This document shows positions 38,920 to 49,933 of a stretch of DNA of 50,668 nucleotides, piece by piece. Source of the stretch: Bacteroidia bacterium (lineage in GTDB: Bacteria; Bacteroidota; Bacteroidia; UBA4408). Numbering within the stretch: the first letter of the stretch is position 1; every line of letters starts with the position of its first letter. The notes below the pieces were generated by a model. It did not search any database and was not told where the DNA came from. It saw only the letters and a program-made list of their open reading frames with translations. The stretch is taken from the NCBI GenBank assembly GCA_014376525.1, contig JACMRI010000061.1, positions 1 to 50,668 on the forward strand, in the 5' to 3' direction. Made by a program: the position numbers and the translations under genes.

Positions 38920-40005
38920 TTGCGAAGCACAACTGTATTTTTTAACACACTTATATTAGGTGTATTTGTTGCTATATATACGCCAAGTACTGCGCAAATA
39001 GCCATAGGTGCAAAAATACACAGAGGTTTTATATTTAGTCACACGCCTTATATTTCGGGCTTAGTACAATCGCATTTTAATATTTACGAGCTTACATTTA
39101 GTAAGATGCCCAATGGTAAAAAATATTGGCACAACCAATATCCTATGGCCTACTGGGGCGTGTCGTTCATCAATAGTAATTTGGGATATCCTAAAGTATT
39201 GGGCAATGTTTATGGGGTATTACCTCATTTTAATTTTCCTATTTTACATTGCAAAAAATATTTACTTAAATTTCAGTTAGGCACAGGCATTGGTTATTTT
39301 ACTAAAATATTTAGCCGCACAAGCAATTACAAAAACTTGGCTATAGGATCGCACGTTTCTATAAATATGCGTGGCATGTTTGAAAGTAAATTTATCATAA
39401 CTCCACATTGGCAAGTAGTTTCGAGTGTGGGTATAAATCATTTTAGTAACGCAGCACTTAAAACACCTAACTATGGTTTAAATGTTTTAAGTGCTATGAT
39501 AGGCGTTAATTATACATTTAACAAAAGTAAGGATACTAATAACTTTATACATAAAAACACTACTGCCGATGCCCTATCAAACAAATGGTACACAACTGCT
39601 ATTGTAAGCGCAGCGCGTAAGCAAAACAGCCCACCAGGCGGAAAAAACTATTATGTAGCTGCATTACAACTAAGCGTGTGTAAACAAATTACCCACAAAT
39701 ACCGCTTAGGCGCTGGGCTGGAGTACAACTACAACAGAGCATTGCAACGAGAAGTAAATGCTGCCGATTTTACATCGCTATCGCGGATAATGGTAGGTGT
39801 ACACAACGAGTTTTTAATACACAGATTAAGCATAGTATCTGTAACTGGTGTAAACCTATATAGCAAAGCAAAGAGCGATGGTTTTATAATGAACCGCTTG
39901 GGCTTACGCTACTATTTTAAAAACAAATTAATAGCTAACGTGTCGTTAAAAACATATTTGGGACAGGCTGATTTTTTTGATGTAGGTGTAGGTTATACTT
40001 TTTAA
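38920..40005 (+). CDS. Outer-membrane beta-barrel, PagL-like / acyloxyacyl hydrolase family
   Basis: HFSNA...PNYGLN motif, NLAIGSH, alternating beta pattern, C-terminal GVGYTF; TTG start uncertain. Confidence 0.7.
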   Translation: MRSTTVFFNTLILGVFVAIYTPSTAQIAIGAKIHRGFIFSHTPYISGLVQSHFNIYELTFSKMPNGKKYWHNQYPMAYWGVSFINSNLGYPKVLGNVYGVLPHFNFPILHCKKYLLKFQLGTGIGYFTKIFSRTSNYKNLAIGSHVSINMRGMFESKFIITPHWQVVSSVGINHFSNAALKTPNYGLNVLSAMIGVNYTFNKSKDTNNFIHKNTTADALSNKWYTTAIVSAARKQNSPPGGKNYYVAALQLSVCKQITHKYRLGAGLEYNYNRALQREVNAADFTSLSRIMVGVHNEFLIHRLSIVSVTGVNLYSKAKSDGFIMNRLGLRYYFKNKLIANVSLKTYLGQADFFDVGVGYTF

Positions 40006-40043
40006 GGTAGGTTGATTCGTGGCTCAAACTACTATCATTCACC

Positions 40044-40814
40044 TTAATGTAAATACTCCACCAATACATCGTAAAAAGCCTGTGGTTGCTCAGCATGTAG
40101 CCAGTGCCCCGCATTGGCAACGGTTATTAATTCTGCTTGTGGAAATTTATCTAGCAGCATGTCCCAATCGGCATCAAGTATATAATTACTATTACCCCCA
40201 CGTATAAATAATGTAGGCTGGTTATATACTTTATTAACCAAACTTTCTTTGCCAACCTCCATAATATTGTTAGTAATAATAGCGAGATTAAAACGCCATT
40301 GCAATATATTTAATTCGTTCCAGTATAAATTTTTAAGTAAAAATTGTCGAGTGCCAACATCGGTAATGCGCTGCGTAAGTATAGTTTCCACATCTTTGCG
40401 TGTAGTAGTAGCGGTAAACTCGCAACTACGCAATGCTTCTAATATACTGCCATGATGTACTGGATACTGCTTTGGTCCTATATCGGCAATTATTAATTTA
40501 TGTAGTAAATAAGGATGTTCGTATGCTAACTCCATAGCAACCTTACCGCCCATACTATGCCCAAGCACGTGCGTACGTTGTATACCTAATGTTTGCGTAA
40601 GTGTATATACATCATTAGCCATTATGGTGTAGTTCCACTCTGTGCTTTGTGGCGACATGCCATGGTTGCGCAAGTCTATCAACACTACATAAAAACCGGC
40701 ATCGGCTATTTTTTTGCCTAAGGTTTGCCAGTTATCACTTTGCCCAAACAAGCCGTGAAGTATAAGTAATGCAGGATTAGTAGAGAGGCCATGTGTGCGA
40801 TAAAACAAGTTCAT
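40044..40814 (-). CDS. Alpha/beta hydrolase (YbfF-like esterase)
   Basis: HGLFG..DNW, DLRNHG, GHSMGGK and AGHWLHAE motifs. Confidence 0.9.
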   Translation of the reverse strand: MNLFYRTHGLSTNPALLILHGLFGQSDNWQTLGKKIADAGFYVVLIDLRNHGMSPQSTEWNYTIMANDVYTLTQTLGIQRTHVLGHSMGGKVAMELAYEHPYLLHKLIIADIGPKQYPVHHGSILEALRSCEFTATTTRKDVETILTQRITDVGTRQFLLKNLYWNELNILQWRFNLAIITNNIMEVGKESLVNKVYNQPTLFIRGGNSNYILDADWDMLLDKFPQAELITVANAGHWLHAEQPQAFYDVLVEYLH

Positions 40815-40845
40815 GAGTGTAGGTTTTAATGTAGAATTAATAGAA

Positions 40846-40853
40846 CAAAACTA
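40846..40853 (-). promoter_or_regulatory. Bacteroidota -7 element for the hydrolase gene
   Basis: TAGTTTTG on the minus strand, 31 nt before the start codon. Confidence 0.45.
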
Positions 40854-40878
40854 ATATCAAATAATTACTTTTACACAC

Positions 40879-41940
40879 ATGTACAATACATTAGGAAATA
40901 AAATTACACTAAGCACCTTTGGCGAGAGTCATGGACTGGCTATTGGTGGAGTGTTGGACGGTTATCCGAGCAACGTAATTATTGATTTGGACTACGTGCA
41001 AGCGCAACTTAACAAACGTAAACCTGGACAATCCAGCATAAGTACACCACGCAAAGAAGACGATGTAGTGGAGTTTTTATCGGGTATATTTGAAGGTAAA
41101 AGCACAGGTGCTCCTATTGGTTTTATCATTCGAAATAACAATCAAAATTCCGCAGAGTATAATGCTTTAAAAAACGTATATCGTCCCTCACATGCGGATT
41201 ATACTTACACACAAAAATACCAACACCGCGACCATAGAGGAGGCGGACGTAGTAGTAATAGAGAGAGTGCCAACTGGGTAGTAGCAGGTGCCTTATGCCA
41301 ATTATTGCTAAATATACACGATATAAAAATACAAGCTTTTGTATCAGTCATTGGTACAGTAAAATACGAAAATGAAATGTGGTACAACACTTGTATTACT
41401 GAACAAAGTATAGAAGCTACACCTGTGCGCTGCCCTGATACTGACACTTGCACAGCTATGATTAATTTAATAAACGAGTGTAAAGCACAAGGCAATACTG
41501 TAGGTGGAGTTATTAACTGTACTATAAAAAACGTACCAGTGGGCTTAGGTAATCCAGTATTTATGAAACTACAAGCACAGCTTGCACACGCTATGCTTAG
41601 TATAAATGCTACCAAAGGTTTTGAGTATGGTAGTGGCTTTAATAGTGCCGAAATGCTAGGCGCTACACACAATGATGCGTTTACTATTAATGATAATAAA
41701 GTGACTACCACTACCAATAATTCGGGCGGAATACAAGGTGGTATAAGTAATGGAGAAACTATTTATTTTAGAGTTGCGTTTAAACCTGTAGCATCAATAG
41801 CGAGTACGCAACATACAATTACTACTAACAATGAACAAGTAGAGTTAAACATAAAAGGCCGTCACGACCCTTGCGTAGTGCCACGAGCAGTGCCTATAGT
41901 AGAGGCATTAGCAGCTATTGTTATAGCTAATAATTTGTAG
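40879..41940 (+). CDS. aroC: Chorismate synthase
   Basis: FGESHG, RPSHAD, GGGRSS, GGIQGGISNG and GRHDPCV motifs. Confidence 0.96.
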   Translation: MYNTLGNKITLSTFGESHGLAIGGVLDGYPSNVIIDLDYVQAQLNKRKPGQSSISTPRKEDDVVEFLSGIFEGKSTGAPIGFIIRNNNQNSAEYNALKNVYRPSHADYTYTQKYQHRDHRGGGRSSNRESANWVVAGALCQLLLNIHDIKIQAFVSVIGTVKYENEMWYNTCITEQSIEATPVRCPDTDTCTAMINLINECKAQGNTVGGVINCTIKNVPVGLGNPVFMKLQAQLAHAMLSINATKGFEYGSGFNSAEMLGATHNDAFTINDNKVTTTTNNSGGIQGGISNGETIYFRVAFKPVASIASTQHTITTNNEQVELNIKGRHDPCVVPRAVPIVEALAAIVIANNL

Positions 41941-41958
41941 TGTTAATAGGCTTTAGCC

Positions 41959-42021
41959 ATTGTCTATAATCTTATATCTATTGTCTAATATCTGAAATTT
42001 ATTATCTTACATCTGTTGTCT
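41959..42021. repeat. Degenerate heptamer tandem array (NNNNTCT x9)
   Basis: attgtct ataatct tatatct attgtct aatatct gaaattt attatct tacatct gttgtct: 8 of 9 in-phase units end in TCT. Confidence 0.75.
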
Positions 42022-42038
42022 CCAAACTAACTATTGCA

Positions 42039-42377
42039 ATGAGTAAAAATAACAACAAACAAAACGTAGTGTATAGCACCAATCCTAATTTTAGCTTTGA
42101 AAACAACGACAATGATGCACAAGAGACACTAGCCTCTAACCAACAACAATTAAAACTATTTTTGGACCGTAAGGGTGGTGGTAAATTAGTAACTCGCATT
42201 AACGGTTTTGTAGGTACAACAACCGACTTGGAAACATTGGGTAAAATTCTCAAAGCCAAATGTGGCGTGGGTGGAGCTACCAAAGATGGCGAAATACTAC
42301 TACAAGGCGATCATAGAGATAAAGTACTTACTTTGCTCTTAAGTCTTAATTACAAAGCAAAAAAAGCAGGTGGATAA
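42039..42377 (+). CDS. yciH: SUI1/YciH-family translation initiation factor
   Basis: VVYSTNP, GGKLVT, KCGVGG and LQGDHRD motifs. Confidence 0.9.
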   Translation: MSKNNNKQNVVYSTNPNFSFENNDNDAQETLASNQQQLKLFLDRKGGGKLVTRINGFVGTTTDLETLGKILKAKCGVGGATKDGEILLQGDHRDKVLTLLLSLNYKAKKAGG

Positions 42378-43026
42378 TTGTATTAATTAAATAGTTTAAA
42401 GTTATTACCCAAAACACATTTACGCCTTGATTGCAGAGTAGTAAATGTAATTTAGTTAAGGATTAAATTACTCTTTTGTAATTGGTTAGTGTCTTGCAGT
42501 TATCTGTTTTTATTACATATTATTTGCCCATTCATTTTTCTTGTAGGTATTATTGACTATGTACTTTGCTCAAAAATAAGTGGCAGTTTCATAAAAAATT
42601 GTTGTGAATTATCCTCAAAAAACAATTTTACGATGTTGTTTTTTAGCACCCCAAAACTTACGTTACAGTTTGTTTTGTATTTTCGTTTTTTGTTAATTGT
42701 TTGTAGATGTTTTTTTTACAAACTGTGTAAGCTAACAACAATAAGACTTGCGTAAATTTTTTGCTAAATGCAAACTACACTATATTTACTAAACGGCTTT
42801 TATTTTAATTTATTTTTTTTATACCACACTGCGTATTTATAACTCAACGCAAATAATATAAATGTTTTTAACAAACTATAGTGTAAAGTTGTTCGTCGTA
42901 AAAAGTTGGTTAATAAATCAGTCTCTCTCGAAAATAATTTAATCGTAGCAAACATTAAATATTTAGTTGTTTGTTATTGAGTATAAACACTATTTTTACT
43001 TTAATAATTTGTAAAAATTTACCACC

Positions 43027-45447
43027 ATGAAAAAAATAATATTAGCTGTAACTACAATAGTAATAGCACTTGCAGCACAGGCGCAAACGCCTAACAAAAA
43101 CGTAACATTAGGTAGTCATCTTACCTATCCTGCCACCAGTTCCGATTTGTCTAATATCTCAGGCATTGCTGATAGCTTGGGCAACGAATACGCATTAGTA
43201 GGTTGGGAGCAAGGAGTAGAAATTGTAAATGTAACTAATCCTGCATCGCCAATACGCGATACTAATATTGTGGGACCTGTAAGTATATGGAGAGAAATTA
43301 AGGTGTACAAAAAATATGCTTATGTAACCACCGAAGGAGGAAGTGGTTTGCAAATTATAGATTTGTCTCTACTTCCCAACTATCGCGGCATTCGTAGTAA
43401 ATCTATACAACCATTTATAACTATTCCTGCTGGCAATTCTGGTGTTTTAAACACAATACATTCATTGCACATAGATACTGCCAAGGGCAACTTATACTTA
43501 TATGGTAGCAATGTGGGTAATCAGGGAGCTTTGGTATTTAACCTTACTGACCCCTGGAATCCTTCATACATAGGCAGTTTTAACAATAATTATATACACG
43601 ACGGCTATGTAGATAACGATACATTGTATTCATGCCATATATACAATGGCTACTTTTCTATAGTAAATATGACCAATAAAAACAATCCAATAGTTTTATC
43701 TACGCAAAGCACACCTAACAATTTTACTCATAACTCTTGGCCATCAGTAAATAAAAAATTTCTGTTTACTACCGATGAGGTTGATAATTCTTACCTTACT
43801 GCCTATGATATTAGTAATGTAACACAGCCTGTAGAAGTAGATCGTATACAATCTCAAAATGCTGGAGCGCAAGCAATAGGGCACAACACACACATACTTA
43901 ACGATTATGCAATAACATCGTGGTATAAAGATGGTGTACTAATAACAGACGTGCATCGTCCACAAAACATGGTAAACGTAGGTTGGTATGATACCTCGCC
44001 ATTGCAAGGCGGAAACTTTGATGGTGCTTGGGGAGTATATCCATTTTTGCCAAGCGGTAACTTATTAGTTAGTGATATTAGTCAAGGTTTGTTTGTGCTC
44101 ACACCTACTTATAAGCGAGCAAGTTATCTTGAAGGTACTATTACAGATAGCACTTGTGGCACATTGCTTAATGGTGTTACTATTACTGCTACTAAAGGTA
44201 CAACAACATTTACTACAATTACCGATGCCAATGGCGATTATAAAACGGGCACAGTAGATAGTGGAAGCTATACCGTATCTATTACAAAAAGTGGATTTGC
44301 TACACATATTATATATAATGTTAGTCTTGCACCTGGCGTAGTTACTATTATTAATAATGCATTATTAAGTAATGGTAGCTTTACTTATGTAGCTAATGTA
44401 AACGATTCATTAGCCTTAACACCATTAACTAACGCTAACGTAATAGTTATAGATACAGCTAACGCTAGTCTTTGGAGTAGTCCTACAAGTACACTTACTA
44501 ATGGTAGTGGTACAGCTACCATTAGTTGTTTGAATAACGGAACTTATAATCTATATGCGGGTAAATGGCAATATAAAACTACTTGCTTTATTAACAATAC
44601 ATTAAACATGAGTACATCTGCCACACAGTTTAATTTACCAAAAAAATATTATGATGATTTTTTGTTTAATAATAACTGGACAGTAGCTGCAACGGCAATA
44701 TCAGGAGCTTGGGAACGTGCTATACCTGAAGGAACATTAAATAGTGGAACTAAAAGTAACCCAAATGTAGACGCAGCTACAGATTGCGGAGGCTTTGCAT
44801 TTGTAACAGGTAATGCACCAGGGGCTGCAGGTGCCGATGATGTAGATGATGGTTATACTATACTAACATCTCCTATTATGGATTTAAGTAGTTATACAAC
44901 AGGTGCTAAGTTAACCTACGAGCGTTGGTTTTATAATGCTGGTGGGAGTAGTGCAGTTAATGATACGTTAGAAATAAGTATAACCAATGGTACACAAACC
45001 GTAGTGTTAGAAAAAGTATATCAGGGAAATGTAATACAAAGCCGATGGAATGCTAAAACGATAATCAATCTTCAAAACAAGATTTCGTTTACTACAACGA
45101 TGCAATTAATAGTTAAAGCACAAGATTATGCACCAGGACACATAATGGAAGCGGGTTTTGATAAAATGGAAATAATACCAACAGGCATTGTAAGCATTAA
45201 TAAACTTGCAAACGCGCAGGCAAACATTAGTCCTAATCCGTGTAACGATGTATGTACAATAAGCGGTGCAACCAAAATAAGTGAAGTGCAAATTTTAGAT
45301 TTATCAGGCAAAATTGTAAGTATTAAATTAGTAAACGCAAACCAAGTTACTATTAACTTACAAGAGATGCAAGCAGGTATTTACATAGTAAAAACTATGT
45401 ATGATAATGGAGAGCAAAGCAACCAAAAGTTAGTAAAAACTAATTAA
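43027..45447 (+). CDS. Choice-of-anchor B / LVIVD-repeat secreted protein with T9SS type A CTD
   Basis: EYALVG, WREIK, AYVTTE, YIHD, THNSW, TTDE, GAWGVYPFLPSG; carboxypeptidase-regulatory-like and MAM-like modules; CTD SPNP...GIYIV...KLVK. Confidence 0.85.
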   Translation: MKKIILAVTTIVIALAAQAQTPNKNVTLGSHLTYPATSSDLSNISGIADSLGNEYALVGWEQGVEIVNVTNPASPIRDTNIVGPVSIWREIKVYKKYAYVTTEGGSGLQIIDLSLLPNYRGIRSKSIQPFITIPAGNSGVLNTIHSLHIDTAKGNLYLYGSNVGNQGALVFNLTDPWNPSYIGSFNNNYIHDGYVDNDTLYSCHIYNGYFSIVNMTNKNNPIVLSTQSTPNNFTHNSWPSVNKKFLFTTDEVDNSYLTAYDISNVTQPVEVDRIQSQNAGAQAIGHNTHILNDYAITSWYKDGVLITDVHRPQNMVNVGWYDTSPLQGGNFDGAWGVYPFLPSGNLLVSDISQGLFVLTPTYKRASYLEGTITDSTCGTLLNGVTITATKGTTTFTTITDANGDYKTGTVDSGSYTVSITKSGFATHIIYNVSLAPGVVTIINNALLSNGSFTYVANVNDSLALTPLTNANVIVIDTANASLWSSPTSTLTNGSGTATISCLNNGTYNLYAGKWQYKTTCFINNTLNMSTSATQFNLPKKYYDDFLFNNNWTVAATAISGAWERAIPEGTLNSGTKSNPNVDAATDCGGFAFVTGNAPGAAGADDVDDGYTILTSPIMDLSSYTTGAKLTYERWFYNAGGSSAVNDTLEISITNGTQTVVLEKVYQGNVIQSRWNAKTIINLQNKISFTTTMQLIVKAQDYAPGHIMEAGFDKMEIIPTGIVSINKLANAQANISPNPCNDVCTISGATKISEVQILDLSGKIVSIKLVNANQVTINLQEMQAGIYIVKTMYDNGEQSNQKLVKTN

Positions 45448-45479
45448 ATATAGGTTTTCTGCCATTCACAATACTCTAT

Positions 45480-45487
45480 TACCTTTG
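45480..45487 (+). promoter_or_regulatory. Bacteroidota -7 element for gltX
   Basis: TACCTTTG ending 24 nt before the ATG at 45512; it overlaps the ORF-track TTG start, which is therefore unlikely. Confidence 0.6.
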
Positions 45488-45511
45488 TGCCAAAATTTAC
45501 AAACTATTATT

Positions 45512-47053
45512 ATGGAAAAAAAAGTTCGTTTGCGTTATGCACCAAGTCCTACAGGGCCACAACACATGGGCGGTATACGTACTGCACTATTTAGTTATTT
45601 ATATGCCAAGCGTCATGGTGGCGATTTTATTTTGCGTAGCGAAGATACCGACCAAACACGTTTTGTACCAGGTGCTGAGGAGTATATAATAGAAAGCCTT
45701 GCATGGTGCGGTATTAAGGTAGACGAAGGCGTAATAGCTGGTGGGCCTTATGCACCTTACCGCCAAAGCGAACGCAAAGAATTAGGAATATATAAAAAAT
45801 ATGCCAAACAACTTATAGCAAGCGGACACGCTTATTATGCGTTTGACACTCCTGCTGAGTTAGACGAAATGCGCGCCCGATTAGAAGCCGCCAAAGTAAT
45901 TGCTCCTCAGTATAACTCTACGGTGCGTATGAATATGAAAAATTCATTAACACTATCGGAAGATGAAGTAAATGCAAAACTTGCAGCCAACGAACCCTAT
46001 GTAGTGCGCTTAAAAGTACCCCGAAACGAAGAAATACGTTTTAGTGATATTATACGTGGTTGGGTAGTAGTAAATTCATCAACCATTGATGATAAAGTAC
46101 TACTTAAAAGCGATGGTATGCCTACTTATCATTTGGCACATATTGTTGATGATATTGAAATGAAAATAACACACGCAGTACGTGGCGAAGAATGGTTGCC
46201 GAGCGCACCCGCACACATATTAGTGTATCGTTATTTGGGTTTAGAAAACGAAATGCCCCTATATGCACATTTACCATTATTACTAAGCCCCGACGGCAAA
46301 GGAAAATTAAGCAAACGAGATGGCGACCGCTTAGGTTTTCCTACATTTCCACTCAACTGGACTGACCCTAAAACAGGCGAAACATCGAGCGGATACCGCG
46401 AGCAAGGTTACTTCCCCGAAGCGTTCGTAAATATGCTTGCGCTTATGGGTTGGAATCCTGGAGATAATACTGAAATAATGAATTTGGAAGAACTAACCAG
46501 TAAATTTAGTTTTGAAAAAGTGAGTAAATCAGGAGCTAAATTTGACCCTAAAAAAGCAGTATGGTTTAATCAGCAATATTTGCGCATGCAAACCAACGAA
46601 GCATTAGCATTGATATTTGAAAAACAATTATCACAGCATAACATTACTGCTCCACACGAATTTGTGATAGCCGTATGTAATTTAATAAAAGAAAAAGTAA
46701 ACTTTCCACAAGAATTTTGGAGTATAGGCAGCTACTATTTTATAGCACCTACTGAGTTTGACCAAACTGTAATAGCCAAACGTTGGAACACTACCACCAA
46801 AGACTATTTGCAAGCATTAGCAGTTGCTTACCAAGCACTACTTGTATTTGATGCAACATCAACCGAGCAAACATTTAAAGATGTAGCAGAAGCCCAAGGG
46901 CTTAAAACAAGCGATGTACAACAAATGTTACGTGTAGCTACTACAGGGGCGGGAGGAGGCCCATCGTTGTTCGAAACCTTTAATTTATTAGGCAAAACCG
47001 AAATTGTAAACCGTATAAATACAGCTTGCGCTACGTTTGCATTAACACAATAA
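45512..47053 (+). CDS. gltX: Glutamate--tRNA ligase
   Basis: RYAPSPTG, HMGG (HIGH-type motif), EDTD, RGEEW and KLSKR motifs. Confidence 0.96.
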   Translation: MEKKVRLRYAPSPTGPQHMGGIRTALFSYLYAKRHGGDFILRSEDTDQTRFVPGAEEYIIESLAWCGIKVDEGVIAGGPYAPYRQSERKELGIYKKYAKQLIASGHAYYAFDTPAELDEMRARLEAAKVIAPQYNSTVRMNMKNSLTLSEDEVNAKLAANEPYVVRLKVPRNEEIRFSDIIRGWVVVNSSTIDDKVLLKSDGMPTYHLAHIVDDIEMKITHAVRGEEWLPSAPAHILVYRYLGLENEMPLYAHLPLLLSPDGKGKLSKRDGDRLGFPTFPLNWTDPKTGETSSGYREQGYFPEAFVNMLALMGWNPGDNTEIMNLEELTSKFSFEKVSKSGAKFDPKKAVWFNQQYLRMQTNEALALIFEKQLSQHNITAPHEFVIAVCNLIKEKVNFPQEFWSIGSYYFIAPTEFDQTVIAKRWNTTTKDYLQALAVAYQALLVFDATSTEQTFKDVAEAQGLKTSDVQQMLRVATTGAGGGPSLFETFNLLGKTEIVNRINTACATFALTQ

Positions 47054-47063
47054 TTAATAACTG

Positions 47064-47414
47064 ATGAGTAGCATACATATACAAGGCATGCGCTTTAGGG
47101 CGTACCATGGTTGCATAGCCGAAGAGGCATTGTCGGGTACCGATTTTGAAGTGTCGGTACTTGCACACATGCCTATGGTTAAAGCCGCTTCTACTGATAA
47201 TTTGCACGATGCACTTGATTACTGCGCTGTATATGAACTAGTAAAAGAAGAAATAAACATACCAAGCAAACTAATAGAACACGTGGCCGGACGCATTTAT
47301 AACCGAATGAAACAATTTGATTATATAACTGAATGCCACGTGCAAGTAAGCAAGCTAAACCCGCCTGTAAATGGCTATATTACACAAAGTACAGTAGTGT
47401 ATAATGGAGAGTAA
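47064..47414 (+). CDS. folB: Dihydroneopterin aldolase
   Basis: AYHGC..EE, DNL...LDY, LIEHVA and K.NPP motifs. Confidence 0.92.
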   Translation: MSSIHIQGMRFRAYHGCIAEEALSGTDFEVSVLAHMPMVKAASTDNLHDALDYCAVYELVKEEINIPSKLIEHVAGRIYNRMKQFDYITECHVQVSKLNPPVNGYITQSTVVYNGE

Positions 47415-47520
47415 TTATATTTTTTATTAATACTATACAATTAAGGCTGCTTATTTAACGGGCGGTATAATGAGAAATAACAAAATTGCATTGATAAATA
47501 TTTTTTATTAATAAGTGAGT

Positions 47521-48732
47521 TTACTTTTTTAAATTAAGCAAGTGTCCCATTTTTTCCTTTTTGGTAAATAAGTATTTTTCGTTGTGTGGGTTACTTTCTA
47601 TTTCAATGGCAATAGTTTGTGTTATGGTTAAACCATAGCCTATAAGTCCTGCACGCTTTTTGGGATTGTTGCTTAGTAATTTTATTTTACTTACGCCCAA
47701 CTCTCTTAGTATTTGCGCACCTATTCCGTAGTCGCGTTCGTCCATTTTAAACCCTAGTTTTATGTTAGCATCAACCGTATCGTATCCTTGCTCTTGCAGT
47801 TCGTATGCTTTTAGTTTATTCATTAAACCTATGCCCCTTCCTTCTTGATTCATATACAATATTACACCTTGTCCAGCTTGGCTTACTGCACGCATAGCAG
47901 CATGTAGTTGTGGGCCACAGTCGCAACGGCACGAGCCAAACACATCGCCCGTTACGCACGATGAATGTACGCGCACAAGTACTTCATCGTCAGCGTTCCA
48001 TTCGCCTTTTATTAGTGCCAAGTGTTCGCCGTTGTTGAGCATTTCTTTAAATCCAATTAGTTTAAAATCGCCAAACTCAGTAGGCATATCTACCGTAACT
48101 ATGCGTTGTACAAGGCTTTCGGTTTGTATGCGGTAGGCTATTAAATCTTTTATAGAAATTATTTTTAGGTTAAATTTTTTAGCTACAATTAACAAATCGG
48201 GTAGGCGAGCCATAGTACCATCATCGTTCATTATTTCTACTATTACGCCTGACGGATCTAAGCCAGCAAGGCGTGCCAAATCGGTAGCGGCTTCGGTGTG
48301 TCCTGCACGTCGCAGCACTCCCTCTTTGCGGGCACGTAGTGGGAATATATGACCAGGTTTACCAAGCTCTTCGGGGCGAGTGTCGGGGTTTACCAAAGCA
48401 AGTATTGTTTTAGCTCTATCCTGTGCAGATATACCAGTGGTACAGCCCTGCCCTATCAAATCTACCGATACCGTAAATGGTGTTTCGTAAGCGGCGCTAT
48501 TGGCAGTAACCATAAGGTTTAAGCCCAGTTTATCACAACGGTCTTCCAGTATAGGTGCACATATTAAGCCACGCCCTTCCTTTGCCATAAAATTAATTAT
48601 TTCGGGCGTTACGGTTTGTGCAGCACACAAAAAATCGCCTTCGTTTTCACGGTCTTCATCATCTACAACAATAATTACTTTTCCGTTTTTTATGTCTTCA
48701 ATAGCTTCGGGTATAGTATTAAGTACGCTCAT
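47521..48732 (-). CDS. ribBA: Bifunctional DHBP synthase / GTP cyclohydrolase II
   Basis: [39 protein letters not shown] and QEGRGIG motifs; start moved to MSVLN at 48732. Confidence 0.95.
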   Translation of the reverse strand: MSVLNTIPEAIEDIKNGKVIIVVDDEDRENEGDFLCAAQTVTPEIINFMAKEGRGLICAPILEDRCDKLGLNLMVTANSAAYETPFTVSVDLIGQGCTTGISAQDRAKTILALVNPDTRPEELGKPGHIFPLRARKEGVLRRAGHTEAATDLARLAGLDPSGVIVEIMNDDGTMARLPDLLIVAKKFNLKIISIKDLIAYRIQTESLVQRIVTVDMPTEFGDFKLIGFKEMLNNGEHLALIKGEWNADDEVLVRVHSSCVTGDVFGSCRCDCGPQLHAAMRAVSQAGQGVILYMNQEGRGIGLMNKLKAYELQEQGYDTVDANIKLGFKMDERDYGIGAQILRELGVSKIKLLSNNPKKRAGLIGYGLTITQTIAIEIESNPHNEKYLFTKKEKMGHLLNLKK

Positions 48733-48769
48733 GGTTAGGTGTAAATTTTGGTAAAATAGTTTAATTAAT

Positions 48770-49933
48770 TTAAGTACAAATAATGCGTTCCAGTTGTTTA
48801 CAATTATTATCCCAATCAAAGTTTTTTATAACAAAAGCATTGCCAGTAGTGGCTATTCTGTTGGCTAGTTCGGGGTTTTCTAGTAAGCTAAAAATATGTT
48901 GCGCATACTCTTTGGGGCTGTTGCCTATAAGTATAGATTCGTTATGTGTAGCCATTAGCGCATTGTTTGCCAATGATGAGGTAATGCAAGGTATGTGCAT
49001 ACTCATGGCTTCTAATAATTTGTTTTGCAAGCCAGTGCCAATATTCATAGGAGCAATAAATATGCGCGACGATGCATAACACAAACGCAAATCTTCTACC
49101 CAACCTGTTATGGTTACATTGGCTGATGCCAAGCGTTTAACAGATGGAGCGGGGTTGTGTCCAGCAATGGTTAAAGTTATATTAGGATATTTTGTTTGTA
49201 ACAAGGGCATTATTTTTTCCACCAAAAACACAGCACTATCTACGTTTGGTGGGTAACTCATATTGCCTGTAAATAATAAATCTATACTTTTAGTAGTGTC
49301 TATTTTCTTAAAATATTGAGTGTCTACACCATTGGCAACTATGTTTATTCGTTCTTTAAACGGGTGATTAATAAGATCTTTATCTTGTTGTGATATAATT
49401 ACTTTTTGTTCAAAGTAGTCAAATATTTTGCGCTCGTATCGCTTTAAGCGCAGGTATTCTAATTTAAAAACAGGACGCAAAAAAACATTTTCTTTTTCAA
49501 TACGGCGTTCCATACCCTTACTTAACACGTCCATATAATCGAGTGTTTTATTGGCTTTGGTGTAGTGTTTTAAGTATTCGGAAGTGCGTATAAGTTGGCA
49601 AAAAACTTTATCGGGGTTGTGCTTGTAAAGCAAGGCATTAATTTTTAGTTGCGCATAGCGTGAGTAAAAATAGCCAACCTGTATAGGTTTGGTACTAAAC
49701 ACGGCTTTTAACACCTGATAAATAATGCCGTATTTGGGTAAATTTATAATATGTATTGAGGAGCAATATTTATTTAATTCGTCTACAGATGATTGCTCCA
49801 CAGTGGCGTCGTTAAGGCAACATAGCACTATTTCGTGTGTAAGCGACAGTCGTTTTATTTGATGAAAAGCACGCAACTTGTCCCCTTTTTCGAGCGGGTA
49901 AGGTATGCGCGACAGCAACACAAATAGTTTCAT
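48770..49933 (-). CDS. Glycosyltransferase family 4
   Basis: [28 protein letters not shown] and [12 protein letters not shown] motifs. Confidence 0.88.
   Translation of the reverse strand: MKLFVLLSRIPYPLEKGDKLRAFHQIKRLSLTHEIVLCCLNDATVEQSSVDELNKYCSSIHIINLPKYGIIYQVLKAVFSTKPIQVGYFYSRYAQLKINALLYKHNPDKVFCQLIRTSEYLKHYTKANKTLDYMDVLSKGMERRIEKENVFLRPVFKLEYLRLKRYERKIFDYFEQKVIISQQDKDLINHPFKERINIVANGVDTQYFKKIDTTKSIDLLFTGNMSYPPNVDSAVFLVEKIMPLLQTKYPNITLTIAGHNPAPSVKRLASANVTITGWVEDLRLCYASSRIFIAPMNIGTGLQNKLLEAMSMHIPCITSSLANNALMATHNESILIGNSPKEYAQHIFSLLENPELANRIATTGNAFVIKNFDWDNNCKQLERIICT

Noticed and set aside
42489-42755. 88-aa Cys/Phe-rich + strand ORF
   Set aside because: GTG start, composition typical of T-rich non-coding or antisense DNA, no motif.
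48733-48819. FMN riboswitch or N-terminal extension for ribBA
   Set aside because: Only 37 nt separate the true start from the upstream GT4 stop; the ORF-track extension overlaps that gene.
1812-49079. Numerous 60-170 aa ORFs overlapping the called genes (e.g. 3444-3911, 8055-8387, 24141-24524, 35734-36126, 41205-41717)
   Set aside because: Antisense or alternate-frame shadows of well-supported genes, with no recognisable motifs.
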